Positions 16,499 through 24,792 of a DNA stretch of 25,323 nucleotides are shown here, one piece after another. The stretch is from contig JAWOBF010000025.1 in NCBI GenBank assembly GCA_046498225.1, positions 1 to 25,323 of the forward strand, in the 5' to 3' direction. Numbering within the stretch: the first letter of the stretch is position 1; every line of letters begins with the position of its first letter. The notes beneath the pieces are model-generated. The model was not told the origin of the DNA. It ran no database searches and saw only the letters and a list, made by a program, of their open reading frames with translations. Source of the stretch: Candidatus Aegiribacteria sp. GTDB lineage: Bacteria; Fermentibacterota; Fermentibacteria; Fermentibacterales; JCC-6. Both the position numbers and the translations under genes were made by a program.

Positions 16499-17517
16499 AC
16501 TTCCAGTCTTGCCAGGACTTCCCTGATGTCAATCTTTCCGGGGCAGGCGGCGATGCACCTGCCGCATCCCGTGCAGGCTATCTCGCCGGCTACTTCAGGG
16601 AAGTAGTTGAATTTCTTGTCGAACCTGTTCCGAAGCCGCATCCACAGTCTCTCCCTGGGATTCTCATCTCCGGCAACCCTGGCGAAATCCTTTATCATGC
16701 AGGAATCCCATACCCTGAACCTTGCCAGCTGTCCGTCGGACTTCTGGTCGTACAGCAGGAAACAGTGGCAGGTGGGACAGATGGTGTTGCAGGCCCCGCA
16801 CTCGACGCAGTCCTCTGAGGATTCCTTCCAGATATCGGCTTCCTCGTACTGCTTCTGGACTATCCTCTTGAGCCTGTCCACCGAAGGGATGTTCTTCTTT
16901 CGGGCGTTTTCCGCCACCCGGGACGCGATATCCTTTCTGTTGGCCTTGATGGAGTCCACCATTCCGGGGTCATCGGTATCGCTGAAAAGTTCGCTGTTCT
17001 CCCTGACCAGCTCCCTGCCCTTCTCGCTGCCCTCGGTCACCAGGTAGCCGTCGTTCACCGGAGAGAGGTTGAGATCAAAATCCGCTTCCGGCCAGGGGTT
17101 CACATCTATGGCCGTGCAGAAACAGTTCTCACCAACACCGGTGCAGTCCGCGGAGATTATCAGACCTTCCCTGCGGGCCTTCATGTATGTGGGGTCGCCG
17201 TATTCCTCGTCCATGAAAACGTGATCCAGGATCCTGAAACCCTTCAGGTCGCAGGATTTTGCCCCTACGATGCAGGGAGGTATGTCATCCCTGGGTATCT
17301 CGGGGCTGAAATCCTCCGCCACTTTCTCACGGCCGAGGTAGAAGAACGATTTGAGCGGGTCGAAGGAGCGGATCTCGCCAATAACGTAATCGGTATCCCC
17401 CTCTTCAAGAACAGAATAACCGGTTCCGCAACCCATAGTTCTGGGAACGTATACCCTGTAATTCTCCCTCAGGGATTCAAGAAGCCGATCAAGATCAACC
17501 CGTTTGATAAAAAGCAT
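16495..17517 (-). CDS. AsrA / sulfhydrogenase beta / FlxB-like iron-sulfur protein
   Basis: GAKSCDL...D, C...CFC, CVECGACNTICPTCHCF, RVWDSC and CTGCGRCIAACP; 340 aa; ATGA overlap with the next gene. Confidence 0.9.
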   Translation of the reverse strand: MLFIKRVDLDRLLESLRENYRVYVPRTMGCGTGYSVLEEGDTDYVIGEIRSFDPLKSFFYLGREKVAEDFSPEIPRDDIPPCIVGAKSCDLKGFRILDHVFMDEEYGDPTYMKARREGLIISADCTGVGENCFCTAIDVNPWPEADFDLNLSPVNDGYLVTEGSEKGRELVRENSELFSDTDDPGMVDSIKANRKDIASRVAENARKKNIPSVDRLKRIVQKQYEEADIWKESSEDCVECGACNTICPTCHCFLLYDQKSDGQLARFRVWDSCMIKDFARVAGDENPRERLWMRLRNRFDKKFNYFPEVAGEIACTGCGRCIAACPGKIDIREVLARLEV

Positions 17518-17523
17518 GGCAAA

Positions 17524-17552
17524 GAAATAGAGTTAGGGAACAGCTTTGTCAA
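17524..17552 (-). promoter_or_regulatory. Putative sigma70 promoter of the hydrogenase operon (possibly leaderless)
   Basis: Minus strand TTGACA (17552-17547), 17-nt spacer, TATTTC (17529-17524), then 6 nt to ATG 17517; no Shine-Dalgarno sequence. Confidence 0.5.
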
Positions 17553-17738
17553 GGGGCCGTTTCAAGGGGATTTCAGCGCCTTTTTCAGCCAATTTTAATA
17601 TGCTGACGCATAAGTATATACATAGTCCGTGATCTCTTCAGTCAAACCATTGCGCGCCCCCCGGGAGCCTTTTGCGTTCAGGGCATCAGGGCACCGGTTA
17701 CAGGATAAATTCCGGGGTCGGGCCCGATAGCTGCACGT

Positions 17739-17756
17739 CTGTGATTATTTTCACAA
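17739..17756. promoter_or_regulatory. Rex-like (or CRP-like) operator within a longer inverted repeat
   Basis: Minus strand TTGTGAAAATAATCACAG matches 12/14 positions of TTGTGAA-N4-TTCACAA and is also an exact TGTGA-N6-TCACA. Confidence 0.55.
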
Positions 17757-17765
17757 ACGCTGCAT

Positions 17766-19952
17766 TTATTCGTACAGGGCCCTGTAGATCATGTAGGCAT
17801 GGTGAACGTTCTGAGCGTAGCTCTTTGTCTCATTGTAGGTTATAAGAGAGAAGAACTCATCGGTGTCCAGGTCCAGCCCTCCCCAGTGAATGGCGTTGTG
17901 AGGCCCTCCGTTGTACGCGGCCGCGGTAACCACCGGGTCTTCGCCGAACTCCCTGTTCACGGATGAAATGTAGCTTATTCCGTACTCTATGGATACCGCC
18001 GGGTCGTAGAGCCTGTCCGGGGAGAAATCGGTCCAGCCGTTCTCCATGGCCACGTACTCCGATGTGCTGGGTATCATCTGTATGAGGCCCCTGGCTCCGG
18101 CAACCGAGTAGCAGGTGGGCTGGAACATGCTCTCGTTCCTGATTATGGCCCAGGCGAACAGCGGGTCCAGCCCGTACTTCTCCCCCATGGGCACCACCAG
18201 CTCCGGCCAGGCCATCTGGTAGCGCAGCATCCACAGTTCGCGGGGCCGGTCGGCCTCGATTCCCGACAGGTCCCACATATTGTACCCCGATATGGGTCTT
18301 CTCTCCCACACATCGTTCTCCAGGTAGAACGGGGCCAGGTACTGGGGACCGCCGACCCCGGCCTCTCCCCTCCTGAACTCGTCATCGGCGAAATGCCTGA
18401 GTCCCGCCTTCATCAGGAAGAGTCCCCGCAATGACTCCTCGGGGGGCTCGGCGGGGGGATGTCCATGCCTCCTCATCCACCGGTCAAGCGGTTCCTCGGT
18501 AAGGACGGGCGTCCATGGGGGAAGCTCCAGCAGTTCCCTGGCGAAATGCGCCGGAAGGCTGTGCGGGGCGGAAGCTATGAGGCCCTCCAGCACCTGTGTT
18601 CCCCGGGGATTGCCCTCCGCCTCCAGCAGTTTCCCCAGCCAGTACTTCGCCGATGAGAGGTAAACGCTGCCGGTCCACCGGGAAATGAAGGAATCCAGTT
18701 CCTCCATGGCCCCGGAGACGTCTCCGGACTTCAGCAGTGAGAAACAGAGGTAGAAATGGGCGTCGTCCGCGGTGACATTGTAGGGATACTTCTCCAGGGT
18801 GGTCCTGAACCAGGGGATCGCCTCCGACCAGAGCCTGTTCTCCGCCAGCAGGTCGCCCATGTACCAGGGGAGGTTGCCTATCCTGGAATGGTCGGGAAAC
18901 CGGGAACCGTAACTCAGAAGCACTTCCATCCCCTCCCCGGGCCTGCCGCTCCTGCCCAGGTCGCGCCCGAGATAGATCATGGCATCGGGCAGGTCCCTGC
19001 CCTCCGGCCATCTCTCGATGTATTCCCGCAGCATCTCCACCGCTGTATCGTAGAAACCGAGCCTGTCCCGGGTCCTGGCGGCAAGGTACCATAGATGGGG
19101 ATCCGGTGAGGCGGAGTTCATCGCTATATCGTAAAGTTCGTTCCAGAGGCCTCCGGAATAGAAATCATCCGCAAGGGCGGCACCCAGGGTCCGATCAAGA
19201 AGGATCTCTTCCCTGAGCATCTCGCAGGCCGCGGCATGGACCGGCGCCGCCGGCCAGAGACTGAATGATCGAAGGTATGCTTCTCTGTAGCCCTCCAGGC
19301 CCCGCCGGAGCATCCAGGCTCCCCTGTAATGAGACAGCAGGGACAGCAGCTCGCTATCCCCCGAACCCTCCGCCACGGAGAAAACAGAATCGGCGGCGGA
19401 GATCCCGCCGGTCTCCAGGAAGGCCCTGTAGTAGATAATTGACCTTCTGTCGGCCGCCCTGCCCGGCATTCCTTCAGGTACGCCGGAGAGAACGCTCAGC
19501 GCCGTGGCGGCGTTCCCGGAGGCGATGAGAGAATCCGCCAGTACGAGGTTCAGGTATTCCGGCATGACACAGCCGTGACGCGAAATGTAGGAGAGCAGCC
19601 CGGGAGCTATCTCCGCCCCGCCCAGCGCAAGCGCCCTGTAGGGGGCCAGGGAGTCGGTCTGTTCCAGAAGCAGCTGGGCTGTGAGCAGGCTGGGAGAATC
19701 GGAGGCACCCGCCGCTTTCCAGGCGAGGGATTGTCTCAGGCTGTCTTCCGTGGAGAGCAGAAGGGCCGCCCTGAGGTATGCCTCCCTCGCCTCATCTTCC
19801 CTGCCCAGCCGCAGAAGGGAATCTCCCAGGGATTCGGCCATGAGGCTTCTCTCAGGACCGGTAAGCTCATCTTCCGGCTGTACCGTCCTGCAGCCTGCGA
19901 CGAGGCAGAGCAGAAGCAGCGGTACTAGAGTTCTAAGACCTGTACCTGGCAA
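17766..19952 (-). CDS. Lipoprotein lytic transglycosylase (Slt family) with TPR repeats
   Basis: C-terminal SLT motifs IIRNESMF (catalytic Glu), GARGLIQMIPST, AYNGG and ETKSY; TPR-like helices; signal peptide with lipobox LVAG-C. Start probably TTG 19952 rather than 20060. Confidence 0.88.
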   Translation of the reverse strand: MPGTGLRTLVPLLLLCLVAGCRTVQPEDELTGPERSLMAESLGDSLLRLGREDEAREAYLRAALLLSTEDSLRQSLAWKAAGASDSPSLLTAQLLLEQTDSLAPYRALALGGAEIAPGLLSYISRHGCVMPEYLNLVLADSLIASGNAATALSVLSGVPEGMPGRAADRRSIIYYRAFLETGGISAADSVFSVAEGSGDSELLSLLSHYRGAWMLRRGLEGYREAYLRSFSLWPAAPVHAAACEMLREEILLDRTLGAALADDFYSGGLWNELYDIAMNSASPDPHLWYLAARTRDRLGFYDTAVEMLREYIERWPEGRDLPDAMIYLGRDLGRSGRPGEGMEVLLSYGSRFPDHSRIGNLPWYMGDLLAENRLWSEAIPWFRTTLEKYPYNVTADDAHFYLCFSLLKSGDVSGAMEELDSFISRWTGSVYLSSAKYWLGKLLEAEGNPRGTQVLEGLIASAPHSLPAHFARELLELPPWTPVLTEEPLDRWMRRHGHPPAEPPEESLRGLFLMKAGLRHFADDEFRRGEAGVGGPQYLAPFYLENDVWERRPISGYNMWDLSGIEADRPRELWMLRYQMAWPELVVPMGEKYGLDPLFAWAIIRNESMFQPTCYSVAGARGLIQMIPSTSEYVAMENGWTDFSPDRLYDPAVSIEYGISYISSVNREFGEDPVVTAAAYNGGPHNAIHWGGLDLDTDEFFSLITYNETKSYAQNVHHAYMIYRALYE

Positions 19953-21120
19953 GTTCCTGTTCCAGTTCAGGATGTCCCGGAGCCGCCTCCTCCGCCCTCT
20001 CCAGAAGTGAAAGCGCCCTGGCGTGGTTGTCCTGGGCGGCGTAGGCCCGGCTGAGGGCAATCATGACCCCGGTGGAGGCGTCCGAGCCCCCGTCAAGGTA
20101 CCCGCTCAGAAAATCTATGGTATCCCCCGGCCTTCCCGACATTACCATTACGGTTCCCAGGCCCGATATGGCGGGCTCCAGGTCCGGGTCTATCTCCAGT
20201 GCCTTTTCGAAGAGTTCCTCCGCTTTCTCGAGATTCCCCTGGAATGCTTCGATGTGGGCCATGTTGGCCAGGAGTTCGGAACTCTCCGGGCTCAGTTCGA
20301 GAGCCTCTTTCAGGTCGGACATGGCCTGCCTGTACTCCGCGTTGTTGAAATGGACAATGGCACTGCGGTTGAGTTCCCTTACCCTGTTGTCCTGAACCTC
20401 CACCGAATGGAGGGAGAGAAGCTCCCTCATGCTGTCCAGCTGCTCCTTCTGGGACTGGGAGTTCTCCATGACCTTCGCACCTATGGAGGCCACCTCTTCA
20501 GCCGTGCGGGACTCTATCTCCTCCAGTTTCTTGCCTATGCTTTCACGGGCCTGGTCCATTCTGGAAGAGATCTCGGTAAGTCCGTCCGAGATCAGCTTGA
20601 CGTTCTCCGAGAAAATCTTCTCCCGCTCCTCACCGGATTCCACCATCACCCTGGATACCGTCTCCTCCAGGGACCGTGTGGATTCTGAGACCATTACCGA
20701 CAGGTCGTTCAGGGTAGCGGTGAACACCTCCTTTCCGACAAGGTCCTCGGGTCCATCACGCAGAACGGTGAGCAGCTTCTCTTCGGTGCCTGCCATGTCT
20801 TCCCTTATTCCGGACAGCTCGACCTTAAGCTGGTCAAGCTTTTCCAGCATACCTTCCACCTGCCCGCCGGTGGACCCGCTCTGAGGAGCCTGCAGGTCTT
20901 CGGGGGCCATACCCTCAAGGAGCTCGTTTGTCCTCGAGAGCTCCTCCGTGACAGCCCTGAAGCTCTGTTCCAGAAGCGTGGAAAGCCCGGTTTCCAGCTT
21001 CTCCACCCTCTGGTCGACCTTCACTATTGAATCATTGAGCCTTATAACCAGCCGGCCGATCCCCTGGACCAGCTCCTGCATCGAAACCTCATTATTGGCT
21101 GTTTCCGGCGTGTCGCTCAT
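19933..21120 (-). CDS. Coiled-coil plus C-terminal TPR protein of unknown function
   Basis: 395 aa; acidic heptad-rich N-terminal ~250 aa, then about four TPRs (e.g. AMSDLKEALELSP, AEELFEKALEIDP). Confidence 0.8.
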   Translation of the reverse strand: MSDTPETANNEVSMQELVQGIGRLVIRLNDSIVKVDQRVEKLETGLSTLLEQSFRAVTEELSRTNELLEGMAPEDLQAPQSGSTGGQVEGMLEKLDQLKVELSGIREDMAGTEEKLLTVLRDGPEDLVGKEVFTATLNDLSVMVSESTRSLEETVSRVMVESGEEREKIFSENVKLISDGLTEISSRMDQARESIGKKLEEIESRTAEEVASIGAKVMENSQSQKEQLDSMRELLSLHSVEVQDNRVRELNRSAIVHFNNAEYRQAMSDLKEALELSPESSELLANMAHIEAFQGNLEKAEELFEKALEIDPDLEPAISGLGTVMVMSGRPGDTIDFLSGYLDGGSDASTGVMIALSRAYAAQDNHARALSLLERAEEAAPGHPELEQELARYRS

Positions 21121-24100
21121 TTCTCACCTTCTATTCCCGTATCCATTCGCAGTCCAGATATTGTTTCCAGCCTTTCCGGGTCGAACTCTCCGCCCCCCGC
21201 GAGCATTCCCGCCGCTCCCGGATATTTTCCGGCCATGAACCTTCTGACGGCGGCACTTTCCATTCCGGCCCCGGACTGGTCGAGGGCCCAGTAGAGACGC
21301 TTCAGGGAGTCTGCGGTCCCGGTCCTTCTGTAGTCGTTCATCCAGACATGGACGGCCTGCTGCCTGTAACCCATATCCCACAGGGCGAGAGCCCTTGCGT
21401 CCATCACCCGGTGAGAATCATCATCCATCCCGTCCAGTATCTCCAGGGCGCGGGCGGGTCTGCCGGAGATTATCAGGTCCCAGGCCCCGTCCAGGTCCTC
21501 CTTTTGCGGCCTGGCCCTGCTTTCAGCCAGCCCCTTTCTCAGCCTTGCCAGAACGATGTCCGAACCCTCCCGCCGGGCTATGTCCACAGCTTCCCGCACC
21601 ATTCCCGCCGTGAGGAGTATTCCCACGAGCTTCTCCGTTTCCGTCCCGGAGAGTCTGTCATCATCATCCATTCGGCGGAGGTTCTCCATACAGCTCTCCG
21701 CCAGTTCTTTCCTCAGCTGCATATCGTCAGGCGGGAACAGGATATCATCATCGGCCAGCTGAAAAAGTCTCCTGATGCCCTGTCCGGACCTGAGCACCGC
21801 GGTGGCGATGGCCCTCAGTTCGTCTTCATCAATACCGCTGTAATCATCCGGAACCAGCTTCTCCAGCGCTTCAGCTACCACCGTGTCCTCGCTCACCGAC
21901 TCCCAGAACCTTACCCTGTCCACACTTCCCGTCTCCGCCTTCTCCAGGAGTTTCCCGGATGCTTCAGCCTTCCAGGGTTCCGCTCCTTCGGATGCCACAC
22001 CGCACAGGATCTCCTCGCCCTGTTCCCCCAGACCTTCCCTGATAGCTTCGCCCGCCAGCGCGAGGAGGGCCTCTCCCTCTTCGGCGGATGACCATGAGGA
22101 CATTGCCTTCTCCAGGAGCTTCCCGTTGAGCGGAACGTTGATATCCCCGCTGCCTCGCAGCGCTGCGCTGAACCCCTCGGCATCCCCGGCGGCCAGCGCG
22201 CACAGGGCCCCGGGAACCGGGCCCATGCGACTGAACTCCTTCAGCAGGCCCGGGTCGGCAGTATCGGGGTCAAGAAGGATCGACCGGGTGACCAGATCGT
22301 CCACATCCGCCTGTATGCCATGTCTGGAGGCTACGCGGGCTGCGTACAGGTAAGCAGCGCCGGATGATCTTCCGGAGGCTATGGAGGAGGCGAGTTCCAC
22401 CACCTCACCCGCGGTTTCAGGGTCCAGCTCAAGCAGAAGGGCCGAGTACTCCTGGAACCTCTGGAAATCTCCGCTGAGTCCCGCGGCCCGTGTCAGGGAA
22501 TGTACCAGGGACTGTTCGCCCGGATTCTTCTCCACTATCTCCTCGATCAGTTCCAGGATACCTTCATCCTCCAGCACCGGTTCAAGGATGGTCGATACCT
22601 CCTCGAAGCGTTTTTCCGTCACGTAGGACCTGGCGATGAGCTTCCTTATCTCGGTGCCGCTGGACGGGGACCTGGGCAGAATGTATTCCAGCACCCTGCG
22701 GGCCATGGAGCTGGACCAGGGCCTGACAACGGGTTTCTCCAGCAGCTGGACGGCCTTGCCGTAATTGTCCCTCACCGTTTCGGCGCAGGCTCTGGCCACA
22801 CTCTCGATCAGCGGCTCGCCTATGCTTCCTTCCTCGAAGGAGGTTCCCGCCAGGACGATCCTGTTGCGGGATATGAGATATCTGAACCTGAACTGCGCCA
22901 CCTCGGCCGGGTCGTCCCATCTCAGGGAGGTCGCAAGCGCCACCTTCCATTCCTCGTCACCCTCTATCTTCTCCAGGATTGAGGCTACGGTCTCCGCCGC
23001 CGGTCCCTCCGAGACACCGGTGAGGATGGTCCTGAGATCCAGCTTATCCCGCTGCTCCTCAGGCATCCTGTTTATCCTATCCACTATTTCCTGCTGCAGA
23101 GCGGAATCCTCCATGGTCTGACTCATGTAGGGCTCCGCCTGTTCGGCGTTTCCCTCCCGAAGACACACCAGAGCGGCGATCATGGCCTGCCAGGGCGAGG
23201 AAGGAGTGAACCCGGAATCCACTATCTCCGAGACCGTTCCCACCTGAACATCCTCCCTGGCCAGGAGCTGCTGTCCCTCCGGGACCGGCGTCCTGCCCTG
23301 CAGAAGCAGTCTGAACCAGTCCTCTGCCGCCTCCTGCTCCCTCTCGGACCGAAGCCTGAACAGGGCCCTGGCCTCCCTGAGGGCGGGGTACTTCTGTACC
23401 TGGTTCTCCAGAACGTCCAGGACTTCCGCCGCGTCCGAGCAGAACTTCTTGTCCCTTCTCTTTGACAGGTGGTCGAGGGTGGTCGCAGCCTTGTCCCTCT
23501 TGCCGGTCTCGTACAGCACAGCGGCCAGGAGCGCCAGGACGGAAGCGTTGTTCCTTTCCCTGGAGAGGAGCATCTGCAGATGCTCGAAGACCCAGGAGGC
23601 GTCAACGTCCACTATGGGAAGCAGGGCGAAAACCGCGTCTCCAGTCTCTCCGGACTCGGTGAGGTAATGCGCCAGTTTCATGGCTATGCTGCCGGTCCTG
23701 TCGCCGGTATTCTCTATCAGCGTCCTGCAGACCTCGATGAGTTTCCCGGCCTGAGCGTCACCGGCATCGAAGGCCTTCTCGACCGCCTCCGCAGCCTCCC
23801 TCACCCTGCCTTTCTCCAGATTCATCTGGGCGGACAGCAGAAGCGGGGCCGCCCCGCTTTCCGGGTGTGCCACCAGGTCCTCGATGGCGGATTCCAGCTC
23901 TTCCCTGTCCAGGCTCTGACCGTAGATATCCTCGAGGGTCCTGGATGCGGCTTCGGTCTTGCCGGCGGCGGTATACATCTCCGCAAGCAGCGAAGAAGAT
24001 CTTCCAGACCTGTCGCCCGGGACCATGTACTTCTCGATAACATTGGCCGCGTCGGTAGCCTCGTCGGGCGACGGTTCACTGTCAGCGAGCTTGCCTGCGA

Positions 24101-24779
24101 ACTGAAGGGCCTGTTCCATCTTGCCCGAAACCGCGGCTATACCCATGAGGGAAATGTAATATATACTGTCCAGGTCGCTGATCTGGTTGGCGATCCAGAA
24201 AGCCAGAAGAGACACGTCACGGTGGGGGAACTCCACTTCCCGGCAGACCTTCCAGAGAAAATCTATCGCTTCACCGGACCTTCTCTCCCGGTGGAGGTAG
24301 AGAGCCCACTCCACCAGTGCGGACTGATCGGCTTCAGGGTGAACGCTTCCGTCGAAGCGCATTGAACTCTGCATCTTCTCCCTGACCATGTCGAAAAGGG
24401 AGTTGACCGTTATCTCCTCGGCCTGACGGAGCAGGTTCAAAGCTCCCCTGAAATCGTGCATGTCCATGTAGCTCCGCCATATTACTCTCAGCAGATCGGT
24501 GGACCTGGAGAACTCGTTCAGCCTTCCTATGAAGAGATTCCTTACTTCCATGGCTATCTGGCGGTGGCGCCGCATGACCTCTTCCCCCACGCTGGAGGCC
24601 AGGTTCGGGTGACCTATGTCCAGCAGCAGCTCCAGCAGCTCCAGGGCCACCTCGGGCTCCTCCAGCAGAGCGCCCTTCTCCTCCTTGACCGTGGAGGAAA
24701 CCTTGTTCACACTGCCTTCGTCGGCGAATTTTCTGAGCTTCTTCAGTATTTTCTTCGGTCCCGATTCAAACAATGCCAT
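21117..24779 (-). CDS. Large (~1220 aa) alpha-helical/TPR-like repeat protein of unknown function
   Basis: Long uninterrupted ORF rich in Ala/Leu/Glu with degenerate TPR-like segments (LAEMYTAAGKTEAA; LAAVLYETGKRDKA). ATG 24779 follows AGGTGAG; ATGA overlap with the downstream gene. Confidence 0.8.
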   Translation of the reverse strand: MALFESGPKKILKKLRKFADEGSVNKVSSTVKEEKGALLEEPEVALELLELLLDIGHPNLASSVGEEVMRRHRQIAMEVRNLFIGRLNEFSRSTDLLRVIWRSYMDMHDFRGALNLLRQAEEITVNSLFDMVREKMQSSMRFDGSVHPEADQSALVEWALYLHRERRSGEAIDFLWKVCREVEFPHRDVSLLAFWIANQISDLDSIYYISLMGIAAVSGKMEQALQFAGKLADSEPSPDEATDAANVIEKYMVPGDRSGRSSSLLAEMYTAAGKTEAASRTLEDIYGQSLDREELESAIEDLVAHPESGAAPLLLSAQMNLEKGRVREAAEAVEKAFDAGDAQAGKLIEVCRTLIENTGDRTGSIAMKLAHYLTESGETGDAVFALLPIVDVDASWVFEHLQMLLSRERNNASVLALLAAVLYETGKRDKAATTLDHLSKRRDKKFCSDAAEVLDVLENQVQKYPALREARALFRLRSEREQEAAEDWFRLLLQGRTPVPEGQQLLAREDVQVGTVSEIVDSGFTPSSPWQAMIAALVCLREGNAEQAEPYMSQTMEDSALQQEIVDRINRMPEEQRDKLDLRTILTGVSEGPAAETVASILEKIEGDEEWKVALATSLRWDDPAEVAQFRFRYLISRNRIVLAGTSFEEGSIGEPLIESVARACAETVRDNYGKAVQLLEKPVVRPWSSSMARRVLEYILPRSPSSGTEIRKLIARSYVTEKRFEEVSTILEPVLEDEGILELIEEIVEKNPGEQSLVHSLTRAAGLSGDFQRFQEYSALLLELDPETAGEVVELASSIASGRSSGAAYLYAARVASRHGIQADVDDLVTRSILLDPDTADPGLLKEFSRMGPVPGALCALAAGDAEGFSAALRGSGDINVPLNGKLLEKAMSSWSSAEEGEALLALAGEAIREGLGEQGEEILCGVASEGAEPWKAEASGKLLEKAETGSVDRVRFWESVSEDTVVAEALEKLVPDDYSGIDEDELRAIATAVLRSGQGIRRLFQLADDDILFPPDDMQLRKELAESCMENLRRMDDDDRLSGTETEKLVGILLTAGMVREAVDIARREGSDIVLARLRKGLAESRARPQKEDLDGAWDLIISGRPARALEILDGMDDDSHRVMDARALALWDMGYRQQAVHVWMNDYRRTGTADSLKRLYWALDQSGAGMESAAVRRFMAGKYPGAAGMLAGGGEFDPERLETISGLRMDTGIEGEK

Positions 24780-24792
24780 GATTCTCACTCAC

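Noticed and set aside
15680..17517. Annotation as anaerobic sulfite reductase or soluble sulfhydrogenase
   Set aside because: There is no AsrC siroheme subunit or group 3b large/small subunit in the window, and the genes are translationally linked to the group 4 operon. Partners elsewhere in the genome cannot be excluded.
19953..20060. N-terminal extension of Slt in the ORF track
   Set aside because: It overlaps the TPR gene by more than 100 nt and would bury the lipoprotein signal; TTG 19952 gives a normal signal peptide.
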